Source: Minisyncoccia bacterium
GTDB lineage: Bacteria > Patescibacteriota > Minisyncoccia > Phycocordibacterales > UBA9973
Length of the DNA stretch: 33,619 nucleotides
Assembly: GCA_044228545.1 (NCBI GenBank)
Contig: JBGAUR010000002.1
Coordinates: 1 to 33,619 of the forward strand
Direction of reading: 5' to 3'
Below the pieces are notes generated by a model. The model saw nothing but the letters and a program-made list of their open reading frames with translations. It was not told the DNA's origin and searched no databases. The first letter of the stretch is position 1; each line of letters begins with the position of its first letter. Shown here in pieces: positions 1 to 5,972 of the stretch. The position numbers and the translations under genes are program-made.

Positions 1-1
1 A

Positions 2-238
2 TTAAAATAGTGGTTTGTATTGTGTGTGAATCTTGTACATCAATTCCCCAATCTCTTCTTCATATGATTTTGCCTCTTGATAGCCATCCATCCATCCACA
101 GGGACACTTGAACCAGAATTCATAAGTTTTTTGATCAATTTTCTTGCCAAATTGAGAAATTTTATGTCCTGAAAGCCTATGTTCGTCTGCCTTTTTACAA
201 ATTTTATGAATAAAACATTTTTCATAATTACTTTGCAT
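2..238 (-). CDS. Small Cys/His-containing protein (78 aa). Shares the MQSNYE N-terminus and 5' leader with ORF 33178..33513
   Basis: ORF track entry; ATG at 238 and TAA at 2-4. The leader and start lie inside the repeat at 221-254. Contains a CPCG motif. Confidence 0.55.
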   Translation of the reverse strand: MQSNYEKCFIHKICKKADEHRLSGHKISQFGKKIDQKTYEFWFKCPCGWMDGYQEAKSYEEEIGELMYKIHTQYKPLF

Positions 239-254
239 CGGGAGAGGGGGTCAT
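221..254. repeat. 34-nt repeat (copy 1) spanning a gene junction; partner at 33496-33529
   Basis: Sequence is ttcataattactttgcatcggg followed by a G-rich tract. 31 of 34 positions match copy 2, and the first 22 are perfect. Confidence 0.75.
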
Positions 255-263
255 AAAAATTAG

Positions 264-653
264 TTAAAGTTTTGATATTCTTTCTAAAACGTCTTGCGAA
301 GTGTGACCATCAAACTCAGGGGCTCTATCTAAAGTTACAGCAAAATTGGTGTCGATCCATTTAGTCATAGGTAGATGATAAGTAATTTGTTCCCCTTTTT
401 CCGTGAAAATACCTAACAGAAACCATCCATCCCAATTTGTACCATCAGAATGTAAAGCGCTTCTCCACACTGATATAGGGCCTGGATTCCGATTCCTAAA
501 ATTCTCTCTGGTTTCAGCTTCAGCCAATTTTCTACATAAAGCTAAATACAATGTAATGCGATGCTCATACAGCTCATCGAATGTGTGATAGCCATCAGAA
601 ATATCATTTCCTACAATTTTAAAAGTTTTCTCGCTTTTTTCGTTGGTGGGCAT
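264..653 (-). CDS. Hypothetical phage protein (129 aa)
   Basis: Uninterrupted ORF in the tightly packed minus-strand array. The motifs DGYHTFDELYEHR, WDGW and FDGH suggest a conserved family that I cannot name with confidence. Confidence 0.7.
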   Translation of the reverse strand: MPTNEKSEKTFKIVGNDISDGYHTFDELYEHRITLYLALCRKLAEAETRENFRNRNPGPISVWRSALHSDGTNWDGWFLLGIFTEKGEQITYHLPMTKWIDTNFAVTLDRAPEFDGHTSQDVLERISKL

Positions 654-664
654 ATTAAAATTGG

Positions 665-1045
665 TTAAAAAGGTAAATCCTCAGGTAACGGCTCGTCTAT
701 TACTTCACCACCCAAAACTTCAACTACTTGATTGACTTTCTTTCTACTTCTTAATTCTGCTACAACAACTCTCATAGCTTTTTCAAGTTCTTCAACACGT
801 TTCTTTAATAAATCACTCTTTCTAGGCTTACTAAGTACATAAGAAGTTTTACCGTTATAGACACTTTCTTTTTGTGTATAGCCTGAAATATCTATACTTT
901 GGCCGTCCTCCCATCCTCCCGTTTCACCTTCATAATCAAATATGGTGTACTTCTTATCACCTGCAAGAATGTTGACTAATTCGTAGTTTTTACCTTTCTT
1001 ATCGGTTTTAGCATTCCGATATATTTTTTTGATTACAATATTCAT
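665..1045 (-). CDS. Putative single-stranded DNA-binding protein (126 aa)
   Basis: Beta-rich N-terminal part, then a basic helical linker. The acidic C-terminal tail ...DEPLPEDLPF resembles the bacterial SSB DDDIPF tip. The gene lies directly downstream of a nuclease gene. Confidence 0.5.
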   Translation of the reverse strand: MNIVIKKIYRNAKTDKKGKNYELVNILAGDKKYTIFDYEGETGGWEDGQSIDISGYTQKESVYNGKTSYVLSKPRKSDLLKKRVEELEKAMRVVVAELRSRKKVNQVVEVLGGEVIDEPLPEDLPF

Positions 1046-1051
1046 AAAATC

Positions 1052-1780
1052 TTACTTAAGAATAAAAATATCAGGATAATGTTCAAATTTTGGCTTAGCA
1101 TTTGGATAAATTAGATCAAATGTTTTATTAAAATGCTTAAATTGCTCAAAATAAGGCATTGGATCATATTCTAAAAATGAATATCCGGCTTCAGTTTTAT
1201 TTCCTAAATGAAGAATTGCTGTTTTATATTCAGGATTTGTGCAAGACCAATATCCAGAGTTTTGGATTTTATGTTTATCATGTACTTGTGAAGAAGTTTT
1301 GTAGTCGATTATATAAATACCTTTATATTCTTTTTTACCTTTTTGATAATTTAATTCACATTTTAAATCCCGTGTACCAGCAAAATTCAATTCATGATTA
1401 ACAAGCATCTCTTCACTCGCTAAAATTTTGGGTTGAAACTCTTTATACCAATCAATGAACGCTTGAACACATCTTTTAATTTTTAAAGACATTTCAAAAG
1501 TTTCTATTCCTTTAAAGTCAACATTACCAATATTTTGCAATAAAGTATCAATAATCATGTGTACTTCGGTACCTTCCTCACCAGCTTTTTCAAAAATAGC
1601 TTGGCCGCCGAGTCCTTGTTCACGAATCCATTGAATTAAAAAGGCATCTTTAGGGTACACAGCATCGATTTTAGTGGTACAAGACGGACGAATCCATACT
1701 TGCACACCATTTTCATCTACACCTTCGTAAAACCTCCAGCCATCTATTGAATTGTCTATGCGTCTAATTATTATATTCAT
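1052..1780 (-). CDS. PD-(D/E)XK family nuclease (RecB/Cas4-like exonuclease fold), 242 aa
   Basis: Motif series GTRD ... IYIIDYKTSSQ (D/E-x-K core) ... QNSGYW (QxxxY-like). Sits in the replication/recombination module. Confidence 0.6.
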   Translation of the reverse strand: MNIIIRRIDNSIDGWRFYEGVDENGVQVWIRPSCTTKIDAVYPKDAFLIQWIREQGLGGQAIFEKAGEEGTEVHMIIDTLLQNIGNVDFKGIETFEMSLKIKRCVQAFIDWYKEFQPKILASEEMLVNHELNFAGTRDLKCELNYQKGKKEYKGIYIIDYKTSSQVHDKHKIQNSGYWSCTNPEYKTAILHLGNKTEAGYSFLEYDPMPYFEQFKHFNKTFDLIYPNAKPKFEHYPDIFILK

Positions 1781-1783
1781 AAA

Positions 1784-1936
1784 TTATTTATTAAGTAATT
1801 CTAAGGTATTCCAATCATAAGCTTCTTTTGACATATAAAGCCCGTCGTTCTGTAAATCCTCTGGTATTTTGAACTGCTCCCATCTACCACCAAACTCTTT
1901 ATTTTGCTTTACCCTAAATTTAAATTGCTTTTTCAT
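1784..1936 (-). CDS. Small hypothetical protein (50 aa, MKKQFKFRVKQNKEF...)
   Basis: Hand-translated because it is below the ORF-track size cut-off. ATG at 1936 and TAA at 1784-1786. It fills the gap between neighbouring genes exactly. Confidence 0.45.
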   Translation of the reverse strand: MKKQFKFRVKQNKEFGGRWEQFKIPEDLQNDGLYMSKEAYDWNTLELLNK

Positions 1937-1940
1937 AAAA

Positions 1941-2156
1941 TTATTCAATTATAGTGTTAGAAGGTTTTTGTATATCTCGCTCAATTGATCCTATTTTTTG
2001 AATGAGCATATCAATGTCACAATCCTCAGCCAGAGCTATTACTTCGTCCTCATCAGTTACAACCTCAAATCTGAATCGATACTTAGGTGGCAATAATTTT
2101 TCAAATGCTTCTATCGAATCTCCAAATAATCCAGCTATAGGTTTTAATTTTGACAT
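1941..2156 (-). CDS. Hypothetical protein (71 aa)
   Basis: ORF track entry. It is the first gene downstream of the promoter-like motif at 2183-2211. Confidence 0.6.
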   Translation of the reverse strand: MSKLKPIAGLFGDSIEAFEKLLPPKYRFRFEVVTDEDEVIALAEDCDIDMLIQKIGSIERDIQKPSNTIIE

Positions 2157-2182
2157 AAATAAATTAGTTAAGAAGTGTCTTT

Positions 2183-2211
2183 ATATTATTCTAAGTATAT
2201 CCTACAGTCAA
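2183..2211 (-). promoter_or_regulatory. Sigma70-like promoter, TTGACT-N17-TAATAT on the minus strand
   Basis: Reverse complement of agtcaa at 2206-2211 and of atatta at 2183-2188, with a 17-nt spacer. Lies in a 73-nt intergenic gap. The core resembles the promoter at 3166-3195 (21 of 24 positions identical). Confidence 0.5.
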
Positions 2212-2229
2212 TATATTACTATTGACATA

Positions 2230-2403
2230 TTATTCTCCATTTTTTATTTTTTCGATTGCTTCATTTTTAGCCATTAAATAACCATTTATGTAGTGACCTG
2301 AGAAATTTGGATCGATTTTCATTTTTTTTATTATTTCAATATCTTTATTCATTTGACAAAATGCAGCTTTTAAAGAAATTTGATGAGTATCATCGAAAAT
2401 CAT
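2230..2403 (-). CDS. Small hypothetical protein (57 aa, MIFDDTHQISLKAAF...)
   Basis: Hand-translated; ATG at 2403 and TAA at 2230-2232. Confidence 0.45.
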   Translation of the reverse strand: MIFDDTHQISLKAAFCQMNKDIEIIKKMKIDPNFSGHYINGYLMAKNEAIEKIKNGE

Positions 2404-2410
2404 TTTAAAA

Positions 2411-2758
2411 TTAATTATGATCTAAAATTTCTGCTTCACCATCATCCTCACCAAAAAATAATTCTACAAAATTAATACTATTACTGCCGTCTTCATATGC
2501 TAGACTTTTTATATATTCCACAAATTCTTTTCTGGCTTCATCACCCGAATCTGAATTAAACCACCCCTCTTTACTTCCATCTGGAGCAACAAAAAAAGAA
2601 TGATAATCATTAATCGAACTTCTTATAATTTCACTTACAAGACTTTCTGCATGTGGTAAATGTTTTTTAAATACTTTTCTCGCCTTACGATGAACAACTT
2701 TTAGTTTCTCTTTATCCCATGAAACTACAACTATAGTATGATGTTTTATGTATCCCAT
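2411..2758 (-). CDS. Hypothetical protein (115 aa from MGYIKHHTIVVV...)
   Basis: The ORF track gives 2411..2800. The ATG at 2758 follows the upstream gene's TAA (2761-2763) by 2 nt, so it is the more likely start. Confidence 0.65.
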   Translation of the reverse strand: MGYIKHHTIVVVSWDKEKLKVVHRKARKVFKKHLPHAESLVSEIIRSSINDYHSFFVAPDGSKEGWFNSDSGDEARKEFVEYIKSLAYEDGSNSINFVELFFGEDDGEAEILDHN

Positions 2759-2760
2759 AA

Positions 2761-2964
2761 TTATATAATGCAAAGAAAACAATATTCTGGTGAAAACCAT
2801 TTTTGGCCGTGTCCTAGATCGGTAGTAAGTTTTCGGCTGTTAGCTGTACAAGGGAAAGCTATATTTCCACACATTTTGCAGTCTGGATACTTATGGGGAC
2901 GTTCAGAGTATATTTTACCTTCTGAGGTAGCTTTACGAAGTAATTGAGTAAAAGTTGGATACAT
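2761..2964 (-). CDS. Small Cys-containing protein (67 aa)
   Basis: ORF track entry. Contains CKMC ... C ... C residues and is tightly packed with its neighbours. Confidence 0.55.
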   Translation of the reverse strand: MYPTFTQLLRKATSEGKIYSERPHKYPDCKMCGNIAFPCTANSRKLTTDLGHGQKWFSPEYCFLCII

Positions 2965-2982
2965 AGTTATTGATTAATAAAA

Positions 2983-3138
2983 TTAATTTTTAGTAATTTT
3001 TAATTTGAGAGGATTAAACAAAATTTTCTGCTTAATTAAATTCTTTTCCAATTTTTTAGGGTTATCAGTAACAAAACTTTCTACCTTGCTGCGTCCAGCC
3101 ATCAGGTCAACCGTGTATTTGAGTTTATAATCATTCAT
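2983..3138 (-). CDS. Small hypothetical protein (51 aa, MNDYKLKYTVDLMAGR...)
   Basis: Hand-translated; ATG at 3138 and TAA at 2983-2985. It is the first ORF downstream of the promoter at 3166-3195. Confidence 0.45.
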   Translation of the reverse strand: MNDYKLKYTVDLMAGRSKVESFVTDNPKKLEKNLIKQKILFNPLKLKITKN

Positions 3139-3165
3139 AATAATTTATTAAGAAATAACAACATC

Positions 3166-3195
3166 ATTATATATCTTAGTATATTCTATAGTCAA
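3166..3195 (-). promoter_or_regulatory. Sigma70-like promoter, TTGACT-N18-TATAAT on the minus strand
   Basis: Reverse complement of agtcaa at 3190-3195 and of attata at 3166-3171. Lies in a 79-nt intergenic gap. It is a paralogue of the 2183-2211 motif. Confidence 0.5.
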
Positions 3196-3217
3196 TACTT
3201 TGCTATTTACAAATTTA

Positions 3218-3484
3218 CTATTTAAATTTTGATGCAAACCTCTTTTTCAGTTCGTCAAGTTTCTCTTTAGTTATTGTTTTGCCTTGCGGAGCCTCTAATT
3301 TCAAAGGCTCTGGTTTCTGAGGCGGTTTTACGTCCTTAATTGATTTTTTATTTATTATTCTACCTGAAGCAAGTTTAAAAAAATCGTTTTTCTCCCAACC
3401 ATTATAAATTTTTTTATGCTCTTCAGGAGTAATTCTCACGGGTTTCTCCTCAGCATCCCAAAAAATAATATATCCAAAATTCAT
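3218..3484 (-). CDS. Hypothetical protein (88 aa), immediately downstream of the initiator gene
   Basis: ORF track entry. A 4-nt ATGA-type overlap with the upstream gene suggests translational coupling. Confidence 0.65.
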   Translation of the reverse strand: MNFGYIIFWDAEEKPVRITPEEHKKIYNGWEKNDFFKLASGRIINKKSIKDVKPPQKPEPLKLEAPQGKTITKEKLDELKKRFASKFK

Positions 3485-4278
3485 AAAGTTAAAGTTGAAG
3501 AAGTACTTTTAGGCTCAATAAATGCCTTTATTTCATTATAGACATATTTTATACGATTACAGTTTTTCCTCTTAAAACTATCTTCTAGTATTATGTCAAG
3601 CCTGCGGACAAATTCATCTTTCCCTATTTTTTCTAATAAGTTGACACAATGCTTTCCTATGTTCCTTTCGTTCACCGGATCTGCGAAACCTTGAATACCT
3701 ATTTTTGACTTTAAGGCAATAAGCATGTTATTTATATCTTTATTGCCATAAACTACTTTTGTTGTGTTTTCAGCTTTAGCTGTATTTATATCTTTAGATA
3801 TAAATATATTATGATTATTGTTATTATCCTTATTATTATTGTCTGCAGAATCTGCAGAGTCACTCTGCAATTTCTGCATAGTACCCTGCAGGTTTTGCAT
3901 AGGTTCTGCAAATTTTGCAGAATGGACATCCTCTGTAATTTGTTGTATATTAGTACCAGAAACGAATTGACTTTCTTTACCATTGAATGCGATATACCAA
4001 TCATGCTTATTTGACATAATCTCATTCCATTGATCTGTTGTACGCAAATATCCTTGTTCGTTTTTTTCTATAAGCGACTTTTTTATACAAACTTCTATTG
4101 CTGAAAAAACAGTCCTTTCACTTAAATCCAGTTCATCAGCAATATTTTTCTTAGAAGCAATACACCAACCACCAAACTTTGTGTTGTGTGATAAATAGTA
4201 AATAGAATCAAGCACTGAATACTCATTCATACTTAAATTGAATGCTTTTCGTAAAGGATGAATAATATTGGTAAACAC
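3481..4278 (-). CDS. Putative replication initiator (winged-helix DNA-binding N-domain, low-complexity linker, C-domain), 265 aa
   Basis: N-terminal HTH-like segment KKNIADELDLSERTVFSAIEVCIKKSLIE. The linker is Asn/Asp-rich (DSADSADNNNKDNNNNHN). The iteron array and AT-rich tract are embedded in the linker-coding DNA. The apparent start is GTG at 4278; the first in-frame ATG is at 4230. Confidence 0.55.
   Translation of the reverse strand: MFTNIIHPLRKAFNLSMNEYSVLDSIYYLSHNTKFGGWCIASKKNIADELDLSERTVFSAIEVCIKKSLIEKNEQGYLRTTDQWNEIMSNKHDWYIAFNGKESQFVSGTNIQQITEDVHSAKFAEPMQNLQGTMQKLQSDSADSADNNNKDNNNNHNIFISKDINTAKAENTTKVVYGNKDINNMLIALKSKIGIQGFADPVNERNIGKHCVNLLEKIGKDEFVRRLDIILEDSFKRKNCNRIKYVYNEIKAFIEPKSTSSTLTL
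3786..3925. other. Candidate origin of replication: four iterons of about 17 bp with about 21-bp phasing, plus an adjacent AT-rich tract
   Basis: Iteron units start near 3842, 3864, 3885 and 3905 and follow the pattern TCTGCA-N3-TYTGCA. TGCA cores start at 3844, 3853, 3866, 3875, 3887, 3896, 3907 and 3916. Positions 3786-3840 are almost pure A/T. Confidence 0.5.
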
Positions 4279-4280
4279 TA

Positions 4281-4389
4281 TCTAGCGGGTAAAAATATAC
4301 ACTTACAGAGCCCAGGCACTGAAAAATACCCGCTAGAGTATGGAAGCAGTGTCTGGGTTTTGTAAATTTACATTCATTGTCTAGCGGGT
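4281..4389. promoter_or_regulatory. Operator cluster: perfect 10-mer TCTAGCGGGT three times (two direct, one inverted), with a possible promoter TTTACA-N18-CATACT on the minus strand
   Basis: Copies at 4281-4290 (+), 4380-4389 (+) and 4328-4337 (reverse complement). The putative -35 is at 4361-4366 and the -10 at 4337-4342, abutting the middle box. A second inverted repeat pairs 4311-4321 with 4347-4357. Confidence 0.5.
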
Positions 4390-4540
4390 TATGACGAATT
4401 AAATATATTACTTTTAAAAATAAAAACAATATTATTTTTAGATCAGCCTTACTAAGTTTCTGCTGGCGGTAGTCAGGATTGTTTACCTGCGGCTGTAATA
4501 GAGGTTATTCGAACAAGTCCCTATTACATGCGTAGATTAA

Positions 4541-4576
4541 CAAAAAACACCGGCTGCCTTGCATGGTCACCGGTGT
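4541..4576 (-). terminator. Rho-independent terminator downstream of the lysis cassette
   Basis: Minus-strand RNA reads ACACCGG-16 nt loop-CCGGUGU followed by UUUUUG. The stem pairs 4547-4553 with 4570-4576, and the A-run on the plus strand is at 4542-4546. Confidence 0.6.
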
Positions 4577-4668
4577 CTTAATGTTGCAAGGCATTTAAGA
4601 CCGGTTGAATTGTATTGTTGGGACTTCAATATAGCACCCCTAAAATTAAAAGCAAGAGGATTTTCCTA

Positions 4669-4914
4669 TTATATTTTCTCTTTTGTGGTGTCAACTTTAG
4701 GGTATTTCTTTTTTAAAAACTCTCTTAAATCACGCAAAAATGTGCGGAATATAGCGTATCCAAGTGTTGATAAAGCTGTTTTTGAAATATCACCATTCGA
4801 TAAAATATGGCTAAAAGCTGCTGCTACTGTTGATTCCCAAAGTAAATCAGTCCAGAACGTATGAAGGAATGATTTAAACGAGTCACTTTGTATAAACAAA
4901 ATAAGTTTTTTCAT
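4669..4914 (-). CDS. Small protein (81 aa), possible holin-like lysis protein
   Basis: It is the last gene of the M23 peptidase cassette. It has an amphipathic to weakly hydrophobic segment FWTDLLWESTVAAAFSHIL and a basic C-terminus. The function is inferred from position only. Confidence 0.35.
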   Translation of the reverse strand: MKKLILFIQSDSFKSFLHTFWTDLLWESTVAAAFSHILSNGDISKTALSTLGYAIFRTFLRDLREFLKKKYPKVDTTKEKI

Positions 4915-4916
4915 AG

Positions 4917-5117
4917 TTAATAAGTAATAGAATCTAGTTTCTCTTTAAAGTATTTTGCGCTGGCTTTACCTAAACTTCCAAACTGTAAGGAGGCTGCCAT
5001 CGCTTTAATCATCTGATTTATTGTATTACACGAAAAACAGTGGCCTTTTTCATAATCTAACTCATGAAAAATACGTTTATGATAATATGTTTGGCAAAGT
5101 TTGCAGCGTAGTTTCAT
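4917..5117 (-). CDS. Zinc-ribbon-like small protein (66 aa)
   Basis: Two CxxC pairs (CKLC ... CFSC). A 4-nt overlap with the upstream peptidase gene. Confidence 0.55.
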   Translation of the reverse strand: MKLRCKLCQTYYHKRIFHELDYEKGHCFSCNTINQMIKAMAASLQFGSLGKASAKYFKEKLDSITY

Positions 5118-5689
5118 TTTAAAACGTTACCGTCTATTCCGATATTGTACTGATGCCAGCGTTTTTTGATGTAAATACTTGGATCAGTATTAAATCCTTT
5201 GAATCCTAATAGTTTACGTCTCATTAACCAATCTATCTTATTTACAGGACTTTTAGTGATTATTTCGTAGTGTAAGTGTGGGCCGCTCGTTATTGTGCCT
5301 GTATTGCCTGTTATAGCGAGGATATCGTTACGGACGACTTGATCCCCTACATTCTTTCGAAACTCCTTTAAATGAGCAAAAACGTGTATGTCGCCTGTTA
5401 CATGATCTTCTAAGTACAAACAATTACCCATTTGCACTTGATGAGTCAATGCTACCACTTTACCTGTTATAGGAGACGGTAGCTCTTCATATTTATAGTC
5501 GTGGTCTGTACCAGTATGAGCGTTGTACCACTTCGGTATTCTATGCCGGTACGGATTAAGTATCTTAGTTTGTAGGATAGTACGCATAACATTTTGGTTA
5601 AATTGTTCTAAGTATACATAACTAGCCAATAATATCAAATTTCTCGTAGGATATTTTCGGGATTTTTGAGATCTTTCCAAGACCGACAA
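5114..5689 (-). CDS. M23 family metallopeptidase (likely endolysin)
   Basis: HxxxD motif (HTGTDH) and HxH motif (GPHLHYEI), which are typical of LytM/lysostaphin-type peptidases. The longest ORF starts with TTG at 5689; the first ATG is at 5587. Confidence 0.8.
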   Translation of the reverse strand: MSVLERSQKSRKYPTRNLILLASYVYLEQFNQNVMRTILQTKILNPYRHRIPKWYNAHTGTDHDYKYEELPSPITGKVVALTHQVQMGNCLYLEDHVTGDIHVFAHLKEFRKNVGDQVVRNDILAITGNTGTITSGPHLHYEIITKSPVNKIDWLMRRKLLGFKGFNTDPSIYIKKRWHQYNIGIDGNVLK

Positions 5690-5760
5690 AATAAAAAAAT
5701 GTTGTGAAATATAATAGATTACCGATGACTTTATGATTACTGGTAATCGTAAGTAACCCT

Positions 5761-5917
5761 AAAAATAAAGCCCCCGTATCTCATATGAGCCAGGAGCTTT
5801 ATCATCTAACAGAAGCGATGTCTACGACCAGCTGATCGGATCAAGGTGCTCACCAATAAAGGGAACGGAACCTTTCAGCGCTTCTGCCTGATCTTACCCG
5901 TAAAGAGTAAGGAGCAC
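5761..5917 (-). ncRNA. Candidate small RNA of about 155 nt (promoter-to-terminator unit with no ORF)
   Basis: An extended -10 (TGATATAAT, reverse complement of 5924-5932) lies upstream. A terminator hairpin at 5767-5800 is followed by a U-run at 5761-5765. The body looks more G+C-rich than its surroundings. Internal complementarity: 5810-5817 with 5879-5886, and 5846-5851 with 5912-5917. No ORF longer than about 22 codons on either strand. Confidence 0.4.
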
Positions 5918-5923
5918 AAATTT

Positions 5924-5952
5924 ATTATATCATATGTTAAATACATGTTAAA
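5924..5952 (-). promoter_or_regulatory. Extended -10 promoter (TTTAAC-N17-TG-n-TATAAT) for the candidate sRNA
   Basis: The -10 is the reverse complement of attata at 5924-5929. The TG is at 5931-5932. The weak -35 is at 5947-5952. Confidence 0.45.
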
Positions 5953-5972
5953 TATATGTTAATACTTAACAT
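5934..5972. repeat. Three direct ATGTTAA repeats at exact 11-bp spacing, plus one inverted copy
   Basis: ATGTTAA at 5934-5940, 5945-5951 and 5956-5962; TTAACAT at 5966-5972. The repeats overlap the -35 and upstream region of the sRNA promoter. Confidence 0.7.

Noticed and set aside
4494-4531. tRNA-like element suggested by a TTCGAA loop sequence (ggttattcgaacaagtcc)
   Set aside because: The flanks do not form a 5-bp T-stem around a 7-nt loop. No acceptor or anticodon arms can be drawn on either strand. I found no GGTTCGAATCC-type box anywhere in the window.
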